Position numbers and translations under genes: made by a program. DNA of 64,000 bases from Mustelus asterias (taxonomy: Eukaryota). Where the stretch lies: assembly GCF_964213995.1 (NCBI RefSeq), contig NC_135830.1, positions 15,810,001 to 15,874,000 of the forward strand, written 5' to 3'. The notes below the pieces were generated by a model, which did not search any database, was not told the origin of the DNA, and worked only from the letters and a program-made list of their open reading frames with translations. Of the stretch, positions 36,300 to 47,766 are shown piece after piece (the stretch's first letter is position 1; each line of letters begins with the position of its first letter).

Positions 36300-37207
36300 G
36301 CAGGCGGGCGGTGGGATCCCGCCCGAGCGTTCCCCTGTCCGGGCGGAATTCCACATTGGCCCAAAGCCTCAACCCCCCTCCCCTGGGTGAGGTGCCCCAC
36401 AGCCTGAGCCGCCTCGCGGAAATGCCCTCCGTGCCTTTTTCTACCGCGCGGAGGCGTTTCCTGTGCGGGCTGCTGCTGCACACCTTCCACTACCGCCTCC
36501 TCGCCTGTCGCCCGGCGGGCCTTGTGGCCGCCGGGCGGCGGAGGTCCCCGCTGGAGGTCCCTCTACGGAGGGATCTCCCCCAATTACGTCGGGGACCTGG
36601 GGTGGAGGGTGATGCATGCAGCAGTTCCGCACAACCGTAGGATTCACTGGTTCACGGGCTCCGAAGACTGCCCTTTCTGCGGCCTTGTGGAGTCCGTGGA
36701 CCATGTCTATGTTGAGTGTCTTAGGCTGCACTCCCTTTATGTTTTCCTAAAGAACCTTTTATTGATGTTTTGTCTGCACTTCAGTCCCACGCTCCTGATC
36801 TACGGACACCCGGTGCGGAGAGGGGAGGGTCGGGATGGCGACCTCCTCGTGAACCTGCTCCTGGGCCTGGCGAAACGCGCCATTTACCGGTCCAGGCAGC
36901 GGGCGATCGAGGGGGCCGTCCATCCTGACTGTCTTCCCCTCTACCGCGGCTACGTTCACGACCAGGTGTCCCTGGAGAGGGAGCATGCGGTGTCCACGGG
37001 CGGGGTTGACGCCTTCCGCGCCCGCTGGGCACCGCAGCGGTTGGGGTGCATTATTGACCCTAATAATCACATTTTAATTTGATGTTTTTAAGTTTCCTTT
37101 GTACTTTGATTTCTGTTCGGGCTGTTCCCCTCCTTTTTGGGGAGCTGCCCCTTTTACTTTGTCCTGACTTAATTTGAGTTTGTTTATTTGGTTTGACCTA
37201 AAAAGAG
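36300..37207 (+). mobile_element. Tx1-clade (L1-Tx1) LINE 3' fragment
   Basis: ORF 36522-37082: DLGWRVMHAAVPHN...CPFCGLVESVDHVYVEC (zf-RVT CCHC)...NLLLGLAKRAIYRSR; T-rich 3' UTR ending TAAAAGAG. Confidence 0.8.
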
Positions 37208-37542
37208 GGCAAACATTCTGTAATACTCTGCTTTCCTGACGCTCAGGCCATGGACCACAAAGTACTTGCTCATTTATCTCTTTTGAATTGTCCCCAATCA
37301 GGGCCCTTTCCTGTTGTTGTGTTTCCTAGCTCCTGGTTTTCACTTGTTTAAACCTTCCTACATTTCCAAACTTTACCAGCTTAAATGAAAGGTTGTCGAG
37401 GTGTAAGAAGAGAGTCCTTTCCCTGTGCGCACTTGCTGCTTGACTTCCTGAGTGTTTCCAGCGCTTCCAACTTTCACTGCAGCTGTCTGATCAGATTTGT
37501 GTGACAATATAATATCCGTATTTGAGCAGCTCTGTCAACAGC

Positions 37543-37632
37543 GGCTCGTTGGTCTAGGGGTATGATTCTCGCTTCGGGTGTTGTGAGTCGCAAAACTGCG
37601 AGAGGTCCCGGGTTCAAATCCCGGACGAGCCC
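37543..37632 (+). tRNA. tRNA-Pro(CGG) with 18-nt intron (37579-37596)
   Basis: Same exons as 36158 except anticodon CGG (37575-37577); intron TGTTGTGAGTCGCAAAAC. Confidence 0.92.
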
Positions 37633-39011
37633 CGTTGTTGTTTGCGATGGCAAAGTCTTGTTCATTTCTTTACCGTGTGCTCTGCTGGATGAGTTTACCT
37701 GCGGTTTCGTTTGAGAAACTGACAATGCAGGGGATCTAATTGCACAACGCACTCACAAGTAATTCAAGATGTTTTCAAAAGTTGACGCTTCTTTTGGACA
37801 TTCTCTTTATCCCTAGTCAACGATTCAGAGGAGCCAATGCTTGTGGGTTCCGGCCGCTGGCTTTGTGTGCACTGTTATTCATTCATACGATGTGGTTGAC
37901 TCCCCCACGCACTGTCTATCTTTGTTTCTGTGTATCGATCTGTCTTTTTCACTCTCTCAGACTCTCTCTGTACCTCTATCAACTTTCCATATTGTGCTCT
38001 TATTTCCCTCTCTTCTCTTGCTGTCTGTGTAACCAAGATTCACTGGATTGATTGCTGTGATGAGACAGTTGCCCTCGGAGGAGAGATTCATTGTAATTAC
38101 CCTGTTCTCTCTAGAGTTTGGAATAATGAAAAGTGATCCCACTGAAAAGTCTGGAACGGCGAGACTGTTTGACAGTGTACATGCTGAGAGATTGTTTCCA
38201 CCCACCACCCCCCCCCCCCGCCTCACCCCCTCGCCTCCCTACACCCCTCCACCGCACCCCGCCCCTCCCCCCCTACACCCCTCCTCCTTCCCCGCCTCTT
38301 GCTCGAGTCTGGAGTGTTTATAACTGGGCTCACAATATCCGGATAGTACGGCAACCATTTAGGACCGAGGTGAGGAGAGAATTCTTCACTCAGAGGCTTG
38401 TGAATGCTTGGAATTCTGTAGCCCAACGGCCTGCGGATCCAGAACAAGTGAGGATATTGAATACTGAGAAGGATAATTTTTTTGAACTCAAAGGGAATTA
38501 AGGGATTCGGGATTTGTTGGCAAATTGGTGTTGAACGTGGGATCCACCGTGATCTTATTCCGTGGTGGAGGAGAGTCGAAGGGAAATATGACCCACTCCT
38601 TCTCCATCGATTCTGTCCACTAGCAACAGCAACCGTGACAGCATTCCTTTTCTACTGGTAAATTTGATCTTTGGTCCAAGGCACTGAACTGATGTTTTGT
38701 GGAGGTGTGGGATCGTATTCCGCTGTTTTTAATATTTCATTTGATTTATTTTAAATTTCATGAAATACTTTTGGTCGATCATGCCATGGCTCAGATTTAA
38801 TGCAGCAGAAAGCATCTTATTCACTTGGGCAAAAGGAGCCAGCAGAGAGGATGTAAATACAAGTTGTTCGGTACAATTGGCAGGATTGTGGAATGGGATG
38901 GAAATTTAATCCTTATTTATCAAAGAGGCACAAGTACCACCTCTGTTTTCGAGTAGGAAGTAATTTCAGCTCCTCTTCATTCATGTGCTGCACGACAGCA
39001 ATAGAGTTGCA

Positions 39012-39092
39012 TTCACTGACCTGGAATTAAACCCAGGCCGCGGTAGTGAAAACTCCGAATCCTCCGAGTCCGAACCACTAGACCAGCAGGGA
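39012..39092 (-). pseudogene. tRNA-Glu(TTC) pseudogene
   Basis: Minus strand TCCCTGCTGGTCTAGTGGTT...TTTCACTACCGCGGCCTGGG, with a 9-nt internal duplication and a damaged B box. Confidence 0.7.
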
Positions 39093-39489
39093 AGGTGTCT
39101 GCCTGCACTTTAACCTCACTCATTTATATTAAATTTGGACTTTATTTTCATTTCAGTTTTTGTTTTATACCTGTGATGGGCAAAATGCCATGTTTAGATG
39201 GAACATGAGTAATTCCTTCAGCCAGTGACATCACTGTTTGCTGTAACCTGGAACATGAAATCGACAGTGAGGTGAAATAGTCCCACAGGTTGCTCTTGTG
39301 TATCTTTCAGTTTCCAAAATCCACCAACCTCATCATTGTCGCTCCAATGAAACAAACAACGCAAACATAGCAGCCTTGTAATGAGGAACTGACACGCAAT
39401 TAGTTTGAACTCCATTCTTTCCATCGCAGAATTTTGCCGTACTAAAAATACCATCCAAGTGAAAGTTTACCTTTCCCTCGTTCGACAGG

Positions 39490-40510
39490 AAGAAGTCTCA
39501 CAACACCAGGTTAAAGTCCAACAGGCTTATGTGGAATCATGAGCATTCGGAGAGCTGCTCCTTCATCAGGAAAGTGTAGAGGCAGGTTTCACAAACACGG
39601 CATATATACACAAAGACACAATTGTAAGATAATGTTTGGAATGAGAGTCTTTTCCGGCAATCAAGTCTTTACAGGTACAGACAATGCAAGTGGCGAGAGG
39701 GATAATCACAAGTTATGGAGGTATGAATTGTCTCAAACCAGGACTGTTAGTAGGATTTTGCACTTCCACGCCAATCGGTTACATGTAGTGTGACATGAAT
39801 CCAAGATCCCGGTTGAGGCCGTGCTCATGCATGCGGAACTTGGCAATCAGTTTTTGCTCGGTGATTCTGCGTTGTCATATGTCTTTAAGGCCACCTGGGA
39901 GACCGCTTTGCCGGATGTCCGAGGCTGAGTGCCCTTGACTGCTTAAATGTTCCCCGCAAGGAAGGGAACACTCCTGCCTGGTGACTGTTGCGCAGTGTCA
40001 GTTCAGCCGTTGTAGCATCTGCATGGATTCACCGATGTACGACGCCTCTGCACATCGTTTTCTACGTATGAGGTAGACAACGTTGGCCCAGTTGCATGAG
40101 TATGTACCGTGTACCTGGTGGAGAGAATTCTCATGTGTGATGATGGCCTCCATGTCAATGGTCCGGCATTGCAGAGATTGCCGTGGCAGAGTTGTTTGGT
40201 GTCGTGGTCGCTGTTCTCCTGAAGGGCGGGTAGTTTGCTGCTACCAATGGTCTGTTTGAGTTTGCGCGGTTTTTGAAGGCAAGTGGTGGGGATGTGGGGG
40301 TGGCCTCGGCGAGATGCTGATCTTCATCGATGACATGTTGAAGGCTCCGAAGAAGCTGTCATAATTTCTCCGCTCCGGGGAAGTACTGGACGACGAAGGG
40401 CACCCTGTCGGTCATGTCCTCTGTTTGCCTTCTGAGGAGGTCAGTGCGGTTTTTCGCTGAGGCGCGGCGGAACTGTCGATCAATGAGTCGAGCGTCACAT
40501 CCCGTTGTTA
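39490..40510 (-). mobile_element. Penelope-like retroelement 3' part (GIY-YIG endonuclease remnant, 3' UTR, damaged hammerhead 39541-39569)
   Basis: Minus translation with frameshifts: YIGES...RQECSLP.GEHLSSQGHSASD...EQKLIAKFRMHEHGLNRDLGFMSHY; terminal CTGATGAAGGAGCAGCTCTCCGAATGCTC. Confidence 0.8.
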
Positions 40511-40619
40511 CGAGGAGATGCAGCTCATTCTATTGACCTTTGCCGACTTGCTGTGTTTTAACTTATAATAAAACCTGTATTGATAATAAAAACAGCAGAC
40601 GTTGTAAGTTCTCAGTAGG

Positions 40620-41570
40620 TTTGTGCTCCTGTATCTCTGTTTAAGTCCTTGCATCGCTGTGTGTGTGCATCTATATCTTTGTGTGTGCCCCTTATTCTGT
40701 GCATTCCCCTGTATCTGTGTTTTCACCGCTATCTCTCTGTGTGTGCCCCTAAATCTGTGTATGCCCCTGAATTGGTGTACGCTCCACTACCTCTCTGTGT
40801 TTGTCCCTGTATCTGTGTGTGCACCACTGTGTGTGTGTGTGTGTGTGTGCCGCAGAGCTGCGTGTGCCCCTGGCTCTCTGTATGCCCCAGTATCTGTTTG
40901 TGTGCTTCTGTATCTCTGTTTGTGTGTGTGCCTCTCTATCTCTGAGTGTCCCTCAATCTGTGCGTCTCCCTGTATCTGTGTGAACCCTGGTATCTGTGTG
41001 AGTGTGCGTCCCTGTATCTACCTTCATGTGTGTCACTGTATGTGCGTGTTTGCCGCGGTATCTTTGTGTCTCTCCGTGTGTGTATGCCTGTATATGCGTG
41101 CACGCGCGTGTGTGTGTGTCTGTTTGTGTGTGTGTGTGTCCATGTATCTGTCTTTCTGTGTCCCCCTATTTGTATGTCTGTCCCTCTATCTGTGTGTGTG
41201 ACCCTGTATCTGTGTGCGTGCCCCCATGTCTCTGCGTGTGCCCCTGTATCTGTGTCTGTGTGCCCATGTATCTAAATATGCGCATGTATCTGAATGTGCC
41301 CATGCAACTGTGTGTGCCCCAGTATCTGTGTGTCCCTGTAACTGTGTGTGTGAGCCCCTGTGTCTGTGAGGTTTTCAGTTTCTCTCTGTCTGTTCCCCTG
41401 TGTGTGAACGTGTGCTTTTGAGTATGTTTTTTAAGTTTGTGTCTATATATAAGTCTGTGTGTTTGTTTGGGTGAGAGAGTGTGTATATGGCAGCATGTGT
41501 TTATGAGAAAGTTTCTGAATGCGTAACTGTGCGTGTGTGAGTACATGTTTGTGTTGTGTGAGTGTCAGTG
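40620..41570. repeat. TG-rich degenerate minisatellite (unit ~CCCTGTATCTGTGTGTG)
   Basis: Repeated CCC(C)TGTATCTGTGTG motifs; source of the spurious Cys/Val-rich ORFs. Confidence 0.85.
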
Positions 41571-41959
41571 CGACATTGAGACATTGTAAAACAGAAACAT
41601 ACTTCAAATTTGAAAGAAAATAACATTAACCAAACTCTCCATTCTGGATGCTATCAGTTCCAGAAACAATTGAAGCAACATTGAGCCTCTGTGTTTATTG
41701 TGTGTTAGGGAATGGCCCAACAGTCTCATAAGAGTCAACACCGAAACTTTCTCTGATGAATATGTACGAAACTTGTTGAGGTATATAACTGGCAGGGCAA
41801 ATCGGAACAAGAATGGAGGTTGAACATTTTCATTCCAACACAGATGGGTTTTTTTCTGCATCACGGTAACTTTTATAATGTAGGCCAAGAGCTTCAAAAT
41901 GGGAAAACCTTATTTATCGAGCACGGATACAGTGTGAATAAAGGCTGTGAAGATACAAA

Positions 41960-42790
41960 ATAATTTCAAGTTTGCCGACGACATCACTGTAGTGGGTTGG
42001 ATCTCAAACAATGACGAGACAGAGTACAGGAATGAGATGAAGAACATGGTGAACTGTTCCGGCGACAATAATCTCTGCTTCAATGTCAATAAAACAATGG
42101 AGATTGTCATCGACTTCAGGAAGCGAAAAGGAGAACATGCCCCTGTCTACATCAACGGGGACGAAGTAGAAATGGTCGAAAGCTTCAAGTTTTTATGTAT
42201 CCAGATCACCAACAACCTGTCCTTGTCCCCCCATGCCAACACGAAAGTTAAGAAAGCCCACCAACGCCTCTACTTTGTCAGAAGACTAAGGAAATTTGGC
42301 ATGTCAGCAACGACTCTCACCAACTTTTACAGATGCACCATAGAAATCATTCTTTCTGGTTGTATCACAGCTTGGTATGGCTCCTGCTCTGCCTAAGGCC
42401 GCAAGAAACAACAATAAGGCATGAATAGAGCCCAATCCATCACGCAAACCAGTCTCCCATCCATTGACTGCCGCTGCCACGGCAAAGCAGCCAGCATAAT
42501 TAAGGATCCCACGCACCCCGGACATTCTATCTTCCGCCTTCTTCCGCGGGAAAAATATACAAAAGTCTGAGGACACGTACCAACCGACTCAAGAACAGCT
42601 TCTTTCCTGCTGCCGTCTGACTTTTGAATGGACTTACTTTGCATTACGCTGATCTTTCACTCCACCCAAGCTATGACTGTAACATTACATTCTTCAATGT
42701 CTCGTTTCCTTCTCTATGAACGATATGCTTTGTCTTTTCCCTGTACTGTTCGCTGTATGTAATATACGTGACAAAAATAAATCAAATGCA
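41960..42790 (+). mobile_element. Rex1/Babar-type LINE 3' fragment
   Basis: ORF 41947-42396: FKFADDITVVG...NVNKTMEIVIDFRK...KKAHQRLYFVRRLRKF; AATAAATCAAAT tail. Confidence 0.85.
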
Positions 42791-44149
42791 ATCAAAGAAA
42801 TAAAATCTGCGCCTTAAAATGATTTCGTTTTCAATCTTCAAAGAATCATTGTGTAATTTAGTGGATTATATTGGAAACATTGACGTTTATTAGTGTCACA
42901 ATTAGGCTTACATTAACATTGCAATGAAGTTACTGTGAACATTCTTTATAAGGATCTGTGTGTCTGTGTGAGTGTATGCGTGTGCGCATGTCTGTGTCTG
43001 TGTGTGTTTGTGACTCTGTATTTCTGTGAACGAGTGCGCGCCCCTGTATCTCTATGTGTGTATGTTTGCGCGTGTGGGCCCCTGTAAATGTCTTTGTGTA
43101 TGTACGCGCTGCTGTAAATGTCTGTGTGCGCGTGCCCCTATAAGATTAAACCTTGAAAATGTCTGACAGTGAATTACAGAGGGAAGAAAAGTTTGCCCAC
43201 TCCCATTTTGAATGTGATTTAACCTCTGATAACTGCATCGAATGCACGCATTGCAGTCTGAAATAACACCAACTTCAATGTCCAGACCATGTCTCCAAAG
43301 GATAATGAAGAACACAGTTCCTGTGCGGTGTCTGGTTATATAAAAGGGCGAATGCGCCAGCCGAGCTCCTTCTGTATACTCAAATCTCGGACAATATCGT
43401 TCAATAGTCACACTTCAGCAAAAGGTTCGCGGATGCAGCCATCCAGACACTGAACTTTGAAACTCACAAATCTGCAGTTGCTGTGCGGCGCCAGCAGATG
43501 GTGGTGTTGTATCACTTTAACGACAAGATAGCAAAACAGGTTTGAGGAGATTTTTAGGTTAAATTTATTTCCTTGTTTCCCCAGAAAGGAACCAACAAGT
43601 AAAGCAACGACATTAGTATCTGTGTCAGTGATATTCACAGGGAAATCTGGCCGAAGGATAATGAATTTAATACTGACATTGGCATTCATCTTCCCACGAA
43701 TAAATATGCGCATTAACAGCTAATTATTTTATGACCTCTTTTATTGATTTAAAGTGATGTGTACTTTTCTCATCCAGACTTATTAAATAATAAAGTTTTA
43801 TGATGCGGTGAGGTTTAAGGGACGGCAGGGCTGGCATCTCCATTTGTTGTTGGAGGTGTGTTGGAGTAGATGCAAAATGTCACAGTCACCAATCTCCCTC
43901 CCGCTTTGCCATGGGGATACTTCACTCTGGAGCTCATTTTGCCCAGGCCATGCTGAATATCAGCATTGAAATGATCCAAACCCAGTGCCTCTGGACGTAA
44001 ATTCGATTATTTTCTATTTCTGCGCTTGCTGTTCATGGATTGATCAGAATAACAAAACAAAAACGGTCTCACTGTGCGTGTCTGACTGAGATGGGGTTTT
44101 GTACAGTACACCAGATAAACACACTGTTATGGTAAACTATATGATCACT

Positions 44150-46041
44150 GTTTAATAAACTTCACAATTCCAGTAAATGAAAATTTCACCACATTCTTCA
44201 GATCCGCTCTGAATTGCGTCTGGGTCATGGCATGAATGCATGTGTTGGTGCAGCAACTCTCGAGTTGAAGCATAAATCCCAGTTCCTGAACAAATAATGG
44301 CAAAATAACAGAAATAAATTCAACTTGTACAATCGCTGATTAAGGCAAAACAATAGGAACCCTGACCATAACAGGATAAAATTTCCCGACATCGCAAAGG
44401 GTAAGATGGTAGATTTTCTTCACTTCTCTATCTCTTGGCCATTTGAACTTTCCCCACTCTTTTGCGTCTGAGGTCTACGGAGAACCTTGCTCGACAATAA
44501 AATGTGTTTAACGGTTGAAATATTGCACAGCAGTTTCAGCAATAAAGGAACAGATGAGGTTTGGAGAAGAAGGCTGTGGAGGCCAGTTCATTGAGTGTCT
44601 TTAAGACAGAGAGATATAGGTTCTTAATTGATAAGGGGATCGGGGTTATGGGGAAAAGGCAGCAGAATGGGGATGAGAAAAAATATCAGCCATGATTGAA
44701 TGGCGGAGCAGACTCGATGGGCCAAGTGGTCTAATGCTGCTCCTATGTCTTATGGTCTTCTGGTCTTTTGGCTAAAATATAATGCAGACTTTCAACTTCT
44801 ACTCACGCTGGTGAAAACAATTAATCAGAATCTGCATAACAGAAGTAGAGATTATTGGAAAGTACACTATATCCTCAGACATATAGTACCAGAACGTGTT
44901 CTTTGCACTGAGCAGCACACTCACTGTTCCAATAACCACAACTGCCGTTTTCTCAGTGTAGTAGTTTATTTTCTGTTTCTGACAAGTAATGGCCACGAAT
45001 CGATCAAAGGTGAAAGTGACAGTGAACAAGACAGAACAATCGGTGACTGCGTACAGCAGGACGGCATGGATGTTGCACACTTGAGTCTGATGCATGAAGA
45101 TAAATTGATCATTAACTCTGATAGGAACTTGCCTCAATATGAGGTCGATGATGACGACCAGTACACACGCTGCTAACATGGAAATTAGGAACGTGTGACA
45201 CATTTTGAAAGTCCACACCTTCCGCGAGACAGGATAAGAATCGTCGATAAGTTCACTGTAAGGAAGAGAGACACAATTAACTCATATTTCAGATTGAGAA
45301 CGGGAGCAGCGGTCTGTCAGGATTCTGGGGAGCAGTTGAAGTATTTGTTTTCACATAATCCAGCCTCAGAATAATATGGATTCACTGGTTCCGCTGAGAC
45401 CGAGTTCACAGTAGGAAAGCACCGCATTGATGTAGCAAGAAAGCAGATTCACCAACAGATCAGATCTCCACTTTCAAGCCTTCTCCATATTTGTATTTGG
45501 GAAACACAATGATGCCAATGGGTTTGGACCAAATGTCCCTGGTCCGGGTCACTCTGCTGTGACTCTGCTGTAGACTCTGCATTTGTAGATATTGCATCAG
45601 TTGATTTGGAATTGGCTGTGAATCACAGCACTGGAAATTATATATATATTTTTACTGAGGTCAGGACCCTTTAGATACTAAGGCAGGAACAGTGAAAGTG
45701 GCCGGTGGAGGTGGGGACGGAGTGGGTGGAGCGAGGAGATGGGGGGGGGGGGGGGGGGTGGGGGCGTGGTAGCGGGGAGGGGAGGGAGAGGGAAATAAAG
45801 AGCAACCAGGCGACAGTAGGGACAATGGCTGCTGAGAAGAGAGAGAATTTTTCCCACTGCATTAACACATAAGGAACATGACGTTTGCATATAATAACAT
45901 TATTAACTGGATCTCATGGACAAGGTAATAAATATAGTGAAATTACACTCACCAGTCACACCAACGGAGTGGGTAGTAAATCCTTCAGACATCGTGACGT
46001 ACCCAAATAATACGAAGTTCAAGTGGAATAATCCAGTACAT
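44150..46041 (-). pseudogene. GPR139/GPR142-like rhodopsin GPCR pseudogene (exon 1 ~46041-45953, exon 2 from 45255)
   Basis: Exon 1 LRIIWV..*RIYYP..VGVT/GTGAG. Exon 2 VNLSTILILSRGRCGLSKCVTR(fs)...VCNIHAVLLYAVTDCSVLFTVTFTFDRFVAI...SGNFILLW...GFMLQLESCCTNTCIHAMTQTQFR. Contains stops, frameshifts and a CR1 insertion. Confidence 0.8.
44563..44766 (+). mobile_element. CR1-type 3' tail inserted in the GPCR exon
   Basis: AAGGCTGTGGAGGCC...GAATGGCGGAGCAGACTCGATGGGCC...TCTTATGGTCTT. Confidence 0.8.
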
Positions 46042-47766
46042 GGTTCATCGACTCTGAGATTCAATGATCTCTGGTTGTACTGGAGACCACTCTTATTTTT
46101 AACACCGGTGGGCACAATGAAAGCATTGCCTATTTATGGAGTGAGTAAAGTCACCGGAGAAACAATTAAACTTTGTGCCTACACGATTATTCACAATCGC
46201 CGAACAAACAAGATGAATTCAGCTTTTCTTGCAAAATACATGTTTATTGAAAGTCCTTTGCAATCATAGAAAATGATCTGACTGAAGACAAACAAATTGG
46301 CCCAAGCAGTTTGGTGAAAAATAGGATTATTGATTAAGACTATGTTACTGAACTGACGTGAATTAAGACAGTAATGAATATTTCTATCTCATAATGTCAA
46401 TCTACAATTTCAGAATTTCAATGAAACTGTAATAGTGAAATTGGTGCAGATTCGGGGAATAATGTTGATGCTTCTGCAAATAAAAGAGAGGTGTCAAAAG
46501 CAGGATGATTAGAAATATTACACTGCTGGTTTTCAGCAAGAAACAGGTCTTAATCCGATAAAACAACCATCTGCCCTTGTATTGTTCACAGATATTATTT
46601 TATGGAGATTAACCCGTGCAAGAGGTAAATCAGGTGTCCAACCTGCGTTCCGAAACACATGTAACATTTCCTGTACTTTTGATGATAAGTGAGGATGTGT
46701 CCTGTGCCCTTCACCCAACCTTACATCTTCCTCTGCATGCCGTGCTGCTTTCAGACTGTGTGGATGCAATTCCATCGATCTGCACGTTTTATCTTCTCGA
46801 AATATCTTTCACCTTCAATTCACTCTACTTAGTAATATTTAATTCCTTCTATTATTTTTGCTCGAATTTAAAACAAATGTCAGTCGAGCCTATTTATAAA
46901 CCTGACAAAAAAGGACATTATCTTACACGAATTACACCCAATATTATTTATACATACCCATTCAGTTGCACAAAACTCTGGTGATAACTAGAAGAATGGA
47001 AAAGTAATGATGCCGAAACGGGCCATTCAGCCCATCATGCATACTCTGGATACAACGGAGACAAATGGAACTAGTGGCTCCGTCTAATCCCACATTCTAT
47101 CATCTGCTCCGTGGCCTTGCAGGTTCAAGCCCTTCTGATAGTGAGCCCATATTAGAAATAACGTGTATACCTTTGGCTATCGATATATAAAGGGAAATGA
47201 AAATGTCTTTGAGACACTCCTGAGAAGGTTTACTAAACGATTTCCAGTAATGAGCGGGTTGTCTCATGGAGATGGTTGGAGAGAGTAGACATATACACAC
47301 TGAAAGTTCGAATAGTAAGAGGCGGCTTAATGGAAGAGTTTAAGATCTTGAGGGATGTTGACATTGTGGATGTGCACAGAATGTTGCCATTTCGGAGAGA
47401 ATCCAAAACCGGGTGAGAAAGTTTCAAAGAAGGGGTCGCTCATTAAAGACAATGATGTGGAATGTGTTGTCTCTCAGATCGTCGTATGAACAATCAAAAT
47501 AGAAAGATACGTAGGACATTAAGCCCCTCAAGCCCGCTCCACCATTTCATAACTTAATTCTAACATCAAATTTGCAGTCCACCTACACCTGATCACCAAT
47601 CACGTATGACTCAGCAAAAACTTATCCACATCTACCTTAAAAATAATGAAAGCTCTGTTGCCACCGATTATTGAGAAAGAGAGTTCCAAAGCATGAGGAC
47701 CAACAATGCCATAAGGAATAGGGACAAGGGCAGGCCGCTCAGCCTTTCGAGCCTCTTCAGTCATTA

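Noticed and set aside
36089-37070. Multiple overlapping antisense ORFs
   Set aside because: Result of the high GC content of the Tx1 fragment and the tRNA.
40623-41546. Long Cys/Val-rich ORFs (up to 192 aa)
   Set aside because: Translations of a TG-rich minisatellite on several frames and both strands; not a gene.
43260-43520. Possible ninth V remnant (WLYKRANAPAELLLY, FSKRF, TLKLTNLQ)
   Set aside because: The pieces are in different frames, with no YYC, RSS or leader; chance similarity cannot be excluded.
45916-46269. 117-aa plus-strand ORF
   Set aside because: Antisense to GPCR pseudogene exon 1; no recognisable domain.
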